The notes under the pieces are model-generated. The model had not been told where the DNA came from. It saw only the letters and a program-made list of their open reading frames with translations, and searched no databases. Source: a virus (taxonomy: Duplodnaviria; Caudoviricetes). Taken from it: a stretch of 40,514 bases of DNA. The position numbers and the translations under genes were made by a program. Where the stretch lies: positions 1-40,514 of the IMG/VR virus record IMGVR_UViG_3300037634_005711; one strand, written 5' to 3'. This document shows positions 25,215-35,092 of this stretch, piece by piece. How positions within the stretch are numbered: the first letter of the stretch is position 1; the number at the start of each line of letters is the position of its first letter.

Positions 25215-26533
25215 TGAAACCAGTTTTAGCAATTAGTTGCCCTGCATCAAGTAGAAGCGGGTATGGAGATCACTCAAGAGATTTAATTAGAAGTCTAATA
25301 TCTATGGATAAATTTGATATTAAGATTCTCGATCAAGTATGGGGAGGGTGTCCACGGAATGCGCTGAATCCTGATACTGATCAAGATATCATAACTAGAT
25401 GTATTGGTGGTTTAGAAGCACAACCAGATGTATGGATACAAGTTACAGTACCAAATGAATTTCAACCTGTAGGTAAGTATAATATAGGTATTACAGCAGG
25501 AATGGAAACTGATTTGATATCAGCTCCATGGGTTCAAGGATGTAATAGAATGAATCTTATTATTGTACCATCAAAACACTCAAAAGAGGTTTTTGAAAAG
25601 ACAACATATGATCAGCAAGATAAAAATACAGGTCAGAAGACTGGAGAGTTGAGAGTTACTACTCCTATTGAAGTGCTATTTGAAGGATTAGATTTAAACA
25701 CTTATAATAAGATTACAGATAAGAGTAAGCTACCAGCTACGATCGTAAGCTCGATTGATGAAATACCAGAAGATTTTTGCTTCTTATTTGTCGGACATTG
25801 GTTGAGTGGACAACTGCACCATGATAGGAAAGATGTAGGTGGAATGTTACAAACATTCTTACACACATTTAAAGATCAAGCTCCAAGGAACCAACCAGCT
25901 TTGATAATAAAGACATCATCAGCTACATTTAGTGTTATAGATAGAGAAGATATGATACGCCGTATCAACGGAATTAAAGCAATGATGGGTAGTAACAAAC
26001 TACCTAATATATATTTACTCCACGGAGACTTAACACCGAGTGAGATGAATGGATTGTATAATCACCCTAAAGTTAAATCTATGGTTAGCTTTACTCACGG
26101 AGAGGGATTTGGAAGACCTTTACTAGAATTCAGCGTAACAGGTAAGCCAGTAGTAGCTACTAATTGGTCAGGTCACATTGATTTCTTAGATAAGTACGGA
26201 TTTGGATTACCTGGTGAGTTAAAGCCTGTGCACGATAGTGCTACATGGAAAGATGTAATAATACCTGAATCAAAGTGGTTCTATGTTAATCATGGATATG
26301 CGTCAGGGGTGTTAAAGGATGTAGTTAAGAATTATAAAGTATATTTAGAGACATCCCGGAAGCAAACACAGTATGTGAAGTCTAACTTCACTTTAGAGAA
26401 GATGGATGAGGTATTTAAAGATATGGTAAATAGAAACGTACCTGAATTTCCTAAACAGCAGGAATTAGTACTACCAAAATTACCAAAACTAAATCCAGTT
26501 AAACTACCAAAACTGGAGAAACAAGATGTCTAA
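25214..26533 (+). CDS. GT-B (GT4-like) glycosyltransferase
   Basis: SGYG, IVPS, FLFVG...RKD, GEGFGRPLLE...GKPVVATNWSG. Confidence 0.9.
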   Translation: MKPVLAISCPASSRSGYGDHSRDLIRSLISMDKFDIKILDQVWGGCPRNALNPDTDQDIITRCIGGLEAQPDVWIQVTVPNEFQPVGKYNIGITAGMETDLISAPWVQGCNRMNLIIVPSKHSKEVFEKTTYDQQDKNTGQKTGELRVTTPIEVLFEGLDLNTYNKITDKSKLPATIVSSIDEIPEDFCFLFVGHWLSGQLHHDRKDVGGMLQTFLHTFKDQAPRNQPALIIKTSSATFSVIDREDMIRRINGIKAMMGSNKLPNIYLLHGDLTPSEMNGLYNHPKVKSMVSFTHGEGFGRPLLEFSVTGKPVVATNWSGHIDFLDKYGFGLPGELKPVHDSATWKDVIIPESKWFYVNHGYASGVLKDVVKNYKVYLETSRKQTQYVKSNFTLEKMDEVFKDMVNRNVPEFPKQQELVLPKLPKLNPVKLPKLEKQDV

Positions 26534-26903
26534 TATAATTGCAGATGGTGACGATAAACTTAATATTCAAACAGGATACTTTACACGTAAATCATTTACT
26601 AAAGATGATACATCAGTTGCTAAATATGAAGCAACAATTACAGCTTTAATACGATCGACTCGGAAACTTGAAGATGGTAGGTATTGGTATCTAACAACTA
26701 TGGCACTACCAGCCGGAATATTATTCCCAGCTGGTAGTCCTAATGACTACGAATGGCTAGTTGCACCTGTAGTAGCTATGGAGGTGGAGCAGAAGGATGC
26801 ATATAAAGACTCAGGAGACGCAGGAGAGACTAGAGTTGCTATAGAGGATGCAAAGAAATTTCAAAAGTTTCAAGAAGCGTTAGTTTACTTAGGAATGTTG
26901 TAG
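26526..26903 (+). CDS. Hypothetical protein
   Basis: GGAG RBS; overlaps both neighbours. Confidence 0.65.
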   Translation: MSNIIADGDDKLNIQTGYFTRKSFTKDDTSVAKYEATITALIRSTRKLEDGRYWYLTTMALPAGILFPAGSPNDYEWLVAPVVAMEVEQKDAYKDSGDAGETRVAIEDAKKFQKFQEALVYLGML

Positions 26904-27340
26904 TGAAGCACCTTAACGAGCATCTACGTAGAGCTAATCAAAAGTTAGCAATTGCAAAAGCACAGTTAGAGAAAGGTATGGTTGTTGAGATGATGTATAA
27001 GCCTGAAAAAGGTAATCTCAAACGATATGTCTTAACAGTATTGAATGCAAATTTTCAAGGTAAGATGCACGCTATATCAATGGAAAATGTATCACATAGA
27101 GCTTACACTGATTTCGTTGACGATATAGGTATTAGATACATTCCTAGATTTCAAAAATATAGAGGTGTTAATGTATCGAAAGTTGTAATGGATGTATCAT
27201 CTAGAAGGTTCTATGCTGGTAAATTGAGAGATAATTTACAAGACTGTTATCGAACATTCAATGTAAGAAAGATAAATTCAGTGCGATTAATTGATTATGA
27301 ATTCGATGAGACTCTTATTAACAAATATTTGATAGATTAA
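26903..27340 (+). CDS. Hypothetical protein, possibly WYL-like fold
   Basis: GTG start coupled to the upstream TAG; VVEMMY...G..K and YRTFNVRKI.SV segments. Confidence 0.55.
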   Translation: MKHLNEHLRRANQKLAIAKAQLEKGMVVEMMYKPEKGNLKRYVLTVLNANFQGKMHAISMENVSHRAYTDFVDDIGIRYIPRFQKYRGVNVSKVVMDVSSRRFYAGKLRDNLQDCYRTFNVRKINSVRLIDYEFDETLINKYLID

Positions 27341-27359
27341 AATAAAATTCGTATATTAA
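27328..27359 (+). promoter_or_regulatory. Putative promoter TTTG-N20-TATATTAA
   Basis: Recurrent motif ending 7 nt before the GT2 ATG. Confidence 0.75.
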
Positions 27360-27366
27360 GGTTATT

Positions 27367-27999
27367 ATGAAAATAAGTTATGCAATTACTGCTTGGAATG
27401 AGCACAGAGAGTTAGATAAATTATTACAATTTCTGATAGAACATAAACGAGATCAGGATGAAATTGTAGTACAGACAGATAGTGGTAAAACTACAGAAGA
27501 AGTTTATGATGTATTAGAAAGTTATGAAAGCAAGGCTCAGTATGATGATTATCATCACTACTCCTTTCCATTAAATAATAACTTTGCTCAATATAAAAAT
27601 AAATTAAATTCATCTTGTAGTGGAGATTGGATATTTCAAATTGATGCAGATGAATTGCCAAATGAATATCTCATTCAAGCACTACCATTTATATTAGAAG
27701 CTAATCCAGGTACAGAAGCATACTGGGTACCAAGAGTAAATACAGTTGCAGGTATTACAGATGCTCATATTCAGAAATGGGGTTGGCGTGTTGATGATCG
27801 AGGTTGGGTAAACTTCCCTGATTGGCAAATGAGAATATATAGAAACAAACCTGAAATCTATTGGATGAAGCCGGTACACGAGCAACTTAAAGGATATACT
27901 AAATTTGTAAATTTACCACCAGAAGAGAAGTTTACGTTGTACCATCCAAAGAATATTGGTAGACAGGAAGCTCAGAATAAATTTTACGAGAGCTTATAA
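27367..27999 (+). CDS. GT-A (GT2) glycosyltransferase
   Basis: ISYAI...NE, EIVV, KN......GDWIFQIDADE, PD.Q.R, VHE. Confidence 0.9.
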   Translation: MKISYAITAWNEHRELDKLLQFLIEHKRDQDEIVVQTDSGKTTEEVYDVLESYESKAQYDDYHHYSFPLNNNFAQYKNKLNSSCSGDWIFQIDADELPNEYLIQALPFILEANPGTEAYWVPRVNTVAGITDAHIQKWGWRVDDRGWVNFPDWQMRIYRNKPEIYWMKPVHEQLKGYTKFVNLPPEEKFTLYHPKNIGRQEAQNKFYESL

Positions 28000-28874
28000 T
28001 GAGAGAGGTTAAGTTAATAACGAATTGTGAAAGACCACCCAATTGGTTAATGGATATTGCAGTAAAGCATTGGTTAGATAGTGGATTTAAACCTGAAAAT
28101 TTAATATTTTTAGTGAATAATTTATCTAATTTTGATATGGTTGCTGAATTAAAAAAACGATATAATATAGATGCTACTCGAGTGCAGTCTGCAAATGACA
28201 TTTATAGAAAAGATAAATGTGTTGTATGGGATGATCTTCAAGAATTTGATTATGGTAGATATCATGATGTCGAAGCTCCTATTATAAATAATGTTCAACA
28301 TATATTATTGAATAAGGGAGTTGATGTTGTTATATTCTTAGATAGAGATGAATTACTATGGCATGAGAGCGGTGATTTAATAAACGTATTAAATACATTT
28401 GAAGAGCCTATAATAAGACCTCGTGGTATAGAAGTGATTCAAACAGGTGATGAACTACCATTAGATTTATCTAAACCTATTTCAGAGCAAAGGAAGTGGT
28501 GTCGATGGTTTCCATCAAAAAGTAAAGCGTGTATAACTAGAGTACCTGTTGATTGGATGATTGGGAGACATGGTACAACTTGTGGTCGTTGGCCTCATGC
28601 TGATGCTCACTACCATCCTGAATTACAAACTCACCCACAAGCTGATATATCTGAACATTCTAGGTTATACTTAGTGCATTTTGATAAAGTTGATATGAAT
28701 TTATTATATAAACTAAGGATGGAAAGTCAAGAATTATTTAAGACAAACGACAGACATACAGGAGTCGTTGATGAGCAATCATTTACAGAATGGTTCACTG
28801 AAGCGCATAAAGAAACTATATCAGATAGGATAATGTATGATTGCGGTGACTTCTTAAAGAGAGTAGGAGTATAA
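27999..28874 (+). CDS. GT-A glycosyltransferase-like protein (divergent GT2)
   Basis: VIFLDRDELL DxD motif, SK...IT, GRH, LVH; cluster context. Confidence 0.65.
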   Translation: MREVKLITNCERPPNWLMDIAVKHWLDSGFKPENLIFLVNNLSNFDMVAELKKRYNIDATRVQSANDIYRKDKCVVWDDLQEFDYGRYHDVEAPIINNVQHILLNKGVDVVIFLDRDELLWHESGDLINVLNTFEEPIIRPRGIEVIQTGDELPLDLSKPISEQRKWCRWFPSKSKACITRVPVDWMIGRHGTTCGRWPHADAHYHPELQTHPQADISEHSRLYLVHFDKVDMNLLYKLRMESQELFKTNDRHTGVVDEQSFTEWFTEAHKETISDRIMYDCGDFLKRVGV

Positions 28875-29425
28875 TGGAAGTATTACAATCAACGGTATTT
28901 AGAGATGTAAAAGTATTTACACCTACTGTGTATACAGATACTAGAGGATTCTTTATGGAATCTTATAATCAGCAAATTCAGAATATACTAGGTGTAGAGT
29001 TCCTGCAAGATAATCACTCTAAATCAAAGCGAGGCGTTATACGAGGCCTCCATTATCAATGGGATGCGCCGATGGGTAAGCTAGTACGAGTACCAGTAGG
29101 CTCAGGTATTGACGTTATTGTTGATATTAGAAAGAATTCACCTACATTTGGTATGTCAGAGCAATTTGAATTATCTGATGTAACTAATAGGATTGTATGG
29201 GTACCGCCAGGGTTTGCTCATGGATTTATATCACTACAAGATAATACTCATTTAATGTACAAAAATACTGCATTGCATAATAGTGCTACAGAAGGAGCAA
29301 TACATCCGTTTGATGTAAGATTGAACATTGATTGGGGAATGCATAAGTCACAAATAATATTATCTGAGAAGGATAACTTAGCACAATCATTCTCAGATTA
29401 CAAAAAGGATCCAAAATTTATATGA
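28874..29425 (+). CDS. rmlC: dTDP-4-dehydrorhamnose 3,5-epimerase
   Basis: D.RGFFMESY, QDNHS.S..GVIRGLHYQ, KLVR, VDIR..SPTFG, VPPGFAHGF, LSEKD. Confidence 0.95.
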   Translation: MEVLQSTVFRDVKVFTPTVYTDTRGFFMESYNQQIQNILGVEFLQDNHSKSKRGVIRGLHYQWDAPMGKLVRVPVGSGIDVIVDIRKNSPTFGMSEQFELSDVTNRIVWVPPGFAHGFISLQDNTHLMYKNTALHNSATEGAIHPFDVRLNIDWGMHKSQIILSEKDNLAQSFSDYKKDPKFI

Positions 29426-30375
29426 AAAATATTTTTATAGCTGGAGGAGCAGGTTATATTGGTACACGATTCTGTAATGAATTAGCAAAAGATTATAATA
29501 TTACAGTATATGATCATTTTTGGTTTGGTGATAATATTACTGCTGATGTTAGAAAGATACGTGGTGATATTCGTAATATCACTACTGATGATTTAGTAGG
29601 TTTTGATGCTGTATTATTTTTAGGTGGCTTATCAAATGACCCTATGGCTATGTATAGACCAGATCTAAACTTTATTGAGAATAGTGCCATACCTACTTAC
29701 TTAGCTTTTATAGCAAAAGAAGCGGGTGTTAAGAGATTTATATGTGCTAGTTCCTGTAGTGTATATGGCCATACAAAAAATCGAACTCTAACAGAGAGTA
29801 GTAAAGTAAAACCATCATACGCTTACGGTATATCGAAGTTACAATGTGAGCGAGGTATTAGTATATTAGAAGATGATAACTTTAAACCTATATTGTTCAG
29901 AAAAGGTACAGTAGGAGGGTGGTCACAGCGTATGCGATACGATTTAGTAATTAATACTATGCTTATGACTGCTTTTACAAAAGGAGAGATTAATGTTAAT
30001 AGTCCAAATTTATGGAGACCACTCATTGATATCAGAGACGTAATTGAAGGTTATAGATTAGCCATTGAAAGTGATGATAATGTATCTGGTGTATATAATC
30101 TATCAGGTGGTAATTATACTATAGGAGAGTTGGGTAAAATCATTCATACTGCATTAATATCTAAAGGATATGAAACGAAATTAAATTATCTAGATATTAA
30201 AGATGTGCGAAATTATAAAGTAAGTACATCGAGTATTGAGGATGTTTTAGGATTCAAAGCAAAATACTCTCCTAAAGATTCTGTTGCAGAAATATTATCT
30301 AATATAGATTTAGATAAATATGATTTTTCAAATAACAAATACTACAACATAAATACTTTTAAAGAGGTTATATGA
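29422..30375 (+). CDS. NAD-dependent nucleotide-sugar epimerase/dehydratase (extended SDR)
   Basis: GGAGYIG, LSNDP, ASSCSVYG, YGISK, RMRYDL..N, WRP. Confidence 0.9.
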   Translation: MKNIFIAGGAGYIGTRFCNELAKDYNITVYDHFWFGDNITADVRKIRGDIRNITTDDLVGFDAVLFLGGLSNDPMAMYRPDLNFIENSAIPTYLAFIAKEAGVKRFICASSCSVYGHTKNRTLTESSKVKPSYAYGISKLQCERGISILEDDNFKPILFRKGTVGGWSQRMRYDLVINTMLMTAFTKGEINVNSPNLWRPLIDIRDVIEGYRLAIESDDNVSGVYNLSGGNYTIGELGKIIHTALISKGYETKLNYLDIKDVRNYKVSTSSIEDVLGFKAKYSPKDSVAEILSNIDLDKYDFSNNKYYNINTFKEVI

Positions 30376-31073
30376 AGATATTAATTACAGGCGGTTCAGG
30401 ACTTCTTGGGACCCATTTACAACATGAACTTATTAATCGTAGAGATATTAAATTAGATATACCATCCCATAGTTTATTCGACGTTACAGACCTACAAGCT
30501 GTGAGAGAATATTTAGATTATTCTAAACCTGATACTCTAATTCACTGTGCAGCTGTTGCTAAATTTAAAATTGTTGATAAAATTCCTGCAAAAGCTATTG
30601 AAACAAATATAGTGGGAACTAGTAATATTACTATCGCATGTATGGAGCGTAATATTAGATTAATATATATTTCAACAGATCACGTCTTTGATGGTAAGAA
30701 AGGAAATTATCATATCAATGATAAGATTAATCCGATATCTAAGTATGCAAAAACAAAAGCAGCAGGTGAATTGGCTGTGCGTATCTATGATAACTCATTA
30801 AGTATTAGAACATCTTTTTGCGATGTTAAATTCCCCTTTGATACAGGGTATATTGATAAATGGACGTCGCAAGATTATGTAGATAATATAGCACCTAAAA
30901 TTATAGAAAAAGCGTTGAGTGATGAAATCGGTATATGTAATGTAGGACATACTCGGCGTTCATTCTATCACCTAGCGAAAGATCGACATGGTGATACTAT
31001 TAAAATTGGATCAATTGAAGATTTTAAATCAAATATACACCCAATTTTAGTAGATACTAGTTTGAAAGTATAA
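30372..31073 (+). CDS. rmlD: RmlD-like NDP-4-keto-6-deoxyhexose reductase
   Basis: ILITGGSGLLG, IHCAA, YISTDHVFDG, P...YAKTK..GE, IRTS; shortened C-terminus. Confidence 0.8.
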   Translation: MKILITGGSGLLGTHLQHELINRRDIKLDIPSHSLFDVTDLQAVREYLDYSKPDTLIHCAAVAKFKIVDKIPAKAIETNIVGTSNITIACMERNIRLIYISTDHVFDGKKGNYHINDKINPISKYAKTKAAGELAVRIYDNSLSIRTSFCDVKFPFDTGYIDKWTSQDYVDNIAPKIIEKALSDEIGICNVGHTRRSFYHLAKDRHGDTIKIGSIEDFKSNIHPILVDTSLKV

Positions 31074-31091
31074 TTATTTTTCTTATATTAT
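31061..31091 (+). promoter_or_regulatory. Putative promoter TTTG-N19-TATATTAT
   Basis: Recurrent motif with a 19-nt spacer, heading the DJ-1...GT block. Confidence 0.7.
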
Positions 31092-31118
31092 AGTAAATAA
31101 AAAAAGGTAAGTTATATT

Positions 31119-31652
31119 ATGAAAAATGCAGCTGTAATAATAGTTGGTCAAGGATTTGAAGATAGTGAATTTACATATCCATATTACAGGCTTCAAGAAG
31201 AGAACATTAAAGTAGATGTAGTTACTTCTAATAATAATACAGTAACTGGGAAACTAGGACAACCTGTGACACCGACACTACTTTTGAGCGAATTACAGGA
31301 GTCTGATTTTGATATGGTAATACTTCCAGGTGGACATGAAGGACCTGATCGAGTTAGACAAGTTACATCTATATTAAAATTTATCAAAGAAATGGATAAC
31401 AATGAAAAAATTATAGCTACAACTTGTCATGGAGCTTGGACTACAATTTCAGCACAAATAATGAAAGGTAAGCGTGTAACATGTTATAAAGGTATGAAAG
31501 ATGATGTTATTAATTCTGGAGCAATTTATTTAGAGGAGGATGTTGTTGTTGATAATCACTTTATTTCAGCACCACACTTTAGAAATAATCATCAATGGTT
31601 AAGATCTATAATAAGTACATATAATAGCAGGAGAGTAGCTAATGAGTTATGA
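31119..31652 (+). CDS. DJ-1/PfpI family protein (glyoxalase/deglycase-like)
   Basis: GFEDSE..YP, FD.VILPGG, nucleophile CHG, G.RVT, VVVD. Confidence 0.9.
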   Translation: MKNAAVIIVGQGFEDSEFTYPYYRLQEENIKVDVVTSNNNTVTGKLGQPVTPTLLLSELQESDFDMVILPGGHEGPDRVRQVTSILKFIKEMDNNEKIIATTCHGAWTTISAQIMKGKRVTCYKGMKDDVINSGAIYLEEDVVVDNHFISAPHFRNNHQWLRSIISTYNSRRVANEL

Positions 31653-32331
31653 TAATAGTATAGTAAAAAAACCATGGGGTTATGAATACTTAGTTTATGA
31701 GAATGATGAAATTGGAATTTGGTTTCTTAATATCAGTAAAGATCAAAGTACATCACTTCATTGTCATCCGAAAAAAAATACTGGTTTAATTATATTAGAT
31801 GGTATCGGAGAGATTACATGCCTACCATCTATAATACCTGATGGTAAAAAAATTATAAAAGGTCTAGGTAAAACTACTTTACGTAGAGGATTATTTCACT
31901 CTACAAAGGCATTATCAGACTCATTATTATTATTAGAAGTAGAAACCCCTAAAGATAAGCATGATTTAGTAAGATTATCAGATAATTACGGTAGAGAGTT
32001 TAAATCATATGAAGATTCTAGTTTCGAAATACCTAAAAAATCAGACTGTCTTTGGATAGAAGAACCAGTTGTAAATAAATTTAATACGTATGAATTCGGT
32101 AATTGTATATTAACAGTAGAGAATATATCAGATATTGACATTATTAATAATAAATTAGATGCTGATCTTTTGATATTTCTCAAAGGTGGATTAGTTCGTA
32201 CGATTGAAGGAGAAGATTATTTAGTTACAGTACCTGGTGAAGTAGGACTTGCATATCATATTAAGCAAATAAGTACAAAATTAGATGGTGTAGTTGATAA
32301 TACTATAATATTAACAATTAGAAAAGATTAA
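31642..32331 (+). CDS. Cupin-domain protein (mannose-6-phosphate isomerase-type N-terminus)
   Basis: VKKPWG.E, TSLHCH.KK, FH, LLEVETP...DLVRL.D.YGR. Confidence 0.75.
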   Translation: MSYDNSIVKKPWGYEYLVYENDEIGIWFLNISKDQSTSLHCHPKKNTGLIILDGIGEITCLPSIIPDGKKIIKGLGKTTLRRGLFHSTKALSDSLLLLEVETPKDKHDLVRLSDNYGREFKSYEDSSFEIPKKSDCLWIEEPVVNKFNTYEFGNCILTVENISDIDIINNKLDADLLIFLKGGLVRTIEGEDYLVTVPGEVGLAYHIKQISTKLDGVVDNTIILTIRKD

Positions 32332-32334
32332 ATA

Positions 32335-32727
32335 ATGGACATGAAAATATTTCCTCCTGGGTTTGAAGATGATCAAAATAATATAGCTATTGATTTTGAT
32401 GGCGTTATTCATAATTTTAATAAAGGGTATCATGATGGTACATGTTATGGAGATCCATTACCACATTCTATAGAAGCAATTAAAGAACTATCTAAAACAT
32501 ATAAGATTATTATTTTTACAGCAAAAGCTAAATCATCTAGGCCATTAGTAAATGGTAAAACTGGTACTGAATTAGTGGAAGCTTGGCTTAAAAAGCATAA
32601 TATTTTAAAATATGTATCTGAAATTACAGCAGAAAAGCCGAGAGCTATATTGTATGTAGATGATAATGCTTATAGGCACACAGATTGGACGAAAACATTA
32701 AATTGGATTAAGAATGAAATTAGTTAA
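32335..32727 (+). CDS. Capless HAD-superfamily phosphatase
   Basis: IAIDFDGVI, IIFTA, WL.KH, KP.A..YVDD. Confidence 0.85.
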   Translation: MDMKIFPPGFEDDQNNIAIDFDGVIHNFNKGYHDGTCYGDPLPHSIEAIKELSKTYKIIIFTAKAKSSRPLVNGKTGTELVEAWLKKHNILKYVSEITAEKPRAILYVDDNAYRHTDWTKTLNWIKNEIS

Positions 32728-33745
32728 TTATAATAAGTTTAATAATGTAATGTATAATGTTCTAATAAAAAAGAATGTTCCTACAACCATTGCTAATACT
32801 CTTACAACTTCATTAATTAATACATCTTTAAGAGGAGTAGATTCACATGGTATACATTTATTTCCTCACTATTTTAAAGAAATAGAGCTAAATAGACTCA
32901 ATATTAATCCAGTATTGAGTTTTAAGCATACAAGTAATTCTACAGCTATATTAGACGCTAAAAATACATTAGGACATCATGCAGGTTATAAATCGATGAA
33001 TGAAGCAATATATTTAGCTAAAAAAACTGGAATAGGTATTGTAAGTGTTAAAAATTCTAATCATTTTGGAGCTGCTTGGTTTTTTACTGATATAGCTGCA
33101 AAGAGTGGAATGATTGGAATTGCTCTAACAAATACAGAAGCATTAGTTAATGCACATAACAGTAAAGAATCATTCTTTGGAACAAATCCATTTTGTTTTT
33201 CGGCACCTATGAATAATGAAGATCCGTTTTGTTTAGATATGGCTACATCTACTGTACCGTGGAATAAGATAAAAAATTATAAACAACAAAACATAGAATT
33301 AGAATATAATTGGGCATATGATGTAAATGGAAATATTACAACTGATCCACATACTGCAAATACTTTAAGTAGTATCGCAACATATAAAGGATTTGGATTA
33401 GGTATGGTTATTGAAATACTGTGCTCTGGACTTACTAATGGTCCTATGAGTAAACATATTGCCCCGTTATACGATTTAACAAATAATCAAGAAAGAAAAA
33501 TTAGTCATTTTTTTCTAGCGTTGGATATATCTAAGTTTACATCAACCAGCCAATTTGAATTATATCTGTCAACTATGGCAAATGAAATTAGAAAACTACC
33601 AAAATCTTCTGCAGAAGATGTTATGATAGCTGGTGATAAAGAAAAGCGATGTATGAAAATACGAAAAAAACGTGGAATACCTTTAACTGAAGATAAGTTT
33701 GAAGAATTTTTAATGATATCGAAAGATTTTGAAACAACAATTTAA
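32714..33745 (+). CDS. Ldh_2-family (type 2 malate/L-lactate dehydrogenase-like) 2-hydroxyacid oxidoreductase
   Basis: LRGVDSHG, NSNHFGA, FFGTNP, LDMATS, YKGFGL...E.L, HFFLALD. Confidence 0.9.
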   Translation: MKLVNYNKFNNVMYNVLIKKNVPTTIANTLTTSLINTSLRGVDSHGIHLFPHYFKEIELNRLNINPVLSFKHTSNSTAILDAKNTLGHHAGYKSMNEAIYLAKKTGIGIVSVKNSNHFGAAWFFTDIAAKSGMIGIALTNTEALVNAHNSKESFFGTNPFCFSAPMNNEDPFCLDMATSTVPWNKIKNYKQQNIELEYNWAYDVNGNITTDPHTANTLSSIATYKGFGLGMVIEILCSGLTNGPMSKHIAPLYDLTNNQERKISHFFLALDISKFTSTSQFELYLSTMANEIRKLPKSSAEDVMIAGDKEKRCMKIRKKRGIPLTEDKFEEFLMISKDFETTI

Positions 33746-33746
33746 T

Positions 33747-34403
33747 ATGAGAAAAAAGATCACTGCAATAGTACCTGTTAGAAAAGGGTCTGAACGGGTA
33801 AAAAATAAAAATTTTAAAGATTTTGCTGGTACAAATTTGTTAAGCATTAAACTTAATACTTTATTACAAATTAATACAATAGATAAAATAATAGTCAGTA
33901 CAGATTCAGATGAAGCTATAGAAACTGCAGAGTTGCTTGGTGTAGATGTTCACAATAGAGATCCATATTATGCTAGTTCAGCAGTAAATAATTCTGAATA
34001 TTTTCAAAACTTAGCTGAAAATATAAAAAGTGAATATTTAATGTACAGTCCAGTTACATGTCCACTAATATCAAAAGAAACGTATGTTGACTCTATTAAC
34101 ACATTTCAGTCTGCAAGTGTAACAAACTTAGTAACAGTAGCACCAGTTAAACATCATATGTGGTTAGATGGTAAGCCACTAAATTATGATATCAAAAATT
34201 CACCAAACAGTCAAGATTTACCAGATATTTATTCAATAACATATGGTATATGTATTTTATCTCGTAATGATATGATTACATATAGAAATATAATAACAAA
34301 TACACCTACCTTTAAAGTATTAAATGAAGTTGAATCAATCGATATAGATACACCGTTAGATTTTGAATTTGCAGAATTTATGTATAAAAAGTTAAAACTA
34401 TGA
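33747..34403 (+). CDS. Acylneuraminate cytidylyltransferase family (CMP-ulosonate synthetase)
   Basis: AIVPVR.GS.RV.NKN, VSTDS, TCP, SQDLP, SIDIDT..DF. ATG33747 preferred over TTG33729. Confidence 0.9.
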   Translation: MRKKITAIVPVRKGSERVKNKNFKDFAGTNLLSIKLNTLLQINTIDKIIVSTDSDEAIETAELLGVDVHNRDPYYASSAVNNSEYFQNLAENIKSEYLMYSPVTCPLISKETYVDSINTFQSASVTNLVTVAPVKHHMWLDGKPLNYDIKNSPNSQDLPDIYSITYGICILSRNDMITYRNIITNTPTFKVLNEVESIDIDTPLDFEFAEFMYKKLKL

Positions 34404-35092
34404 AACCAATAATTATTCTAGGAAAAGGCCCCAGTGCATTTTCAATAAAAAAATCAGATAAATATGATGTAGCAGCATGTAATAATGCAATAATACTATG
34501 TGAAGATCCTACATATGCTTTTTATAATGATATTGAAACAGTTGAAATTACAGATAAAGAAGATTTTAGTAAAATTTCAACTCTTATTATTCCTACATAT
34601 TTACATTCAATGAATAATCCTAGATTTAACGGAGTGCATCAAGAAGTACATTATACAAAACTATTAGAGCTTTTTAATGACGGTCGATTTGATGATCTTG
34701 ATATTCTCCTATATGAGTTACATAAAAATGCTTCACTAAGACCTGAAGAAGTAGAGCAGATTAATAATGGTAGAGAAATTGCCCCTCCACTAGACGAGTG
34801 GCCTGGGAGTTGTGGCGTTGCAGCTGCTAATTTCTTAGCAAAATTTATAGGATATAGAACATTTATATTTGCAGGTATAGATCCAGCTGGAGGATATCAT
34901 CCTATATTTAACAATGTAAAAGTAGATGGAGCAGGTAACCCTGCTTTCGGTGGTATGGGGACAGCAGCGCAACCATCTGGGTATGATGCAGATTATAATC
35001 AAATGATTCGATTAATTGAATCTTATGGCGGTACAGCTGTACACATCGATACCATGAGTGATGAACAGAAAAGAGAGTTAGATATATCATGA
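34400..35092 (+). CDS. Sialyltransferase/Maf-like CMP-sugar transferase (GT29/GT42-like fold)
   Basis: IILGKGPS, ACNNA, S.GV.A..F....GYR.F..AGID pattern as in Cst/Maf proteins; overlaps the cytidylyltransferase gene. Confidence 0.6.
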   Translation: MKPIIILGKGPSAFSIKKSDKYDVAACNNAIILCEDPTYAFYNDIETVEITDKEDFSKISTLIIPTYLHSMNNPRFNGVHQEVHYTKLLELFNDGRFDDLDILLYELHKNASLRPEEVEQINNGREIAPPLDEWPGSCGVAAANFLAKFIGYRTFIFAGIDPAGGYHPIFNNVKVDGAGNPAFGGMGTAAQPSGYDADYNQMIRLIESYGGTAVHIDTMSDEQKRELDIS

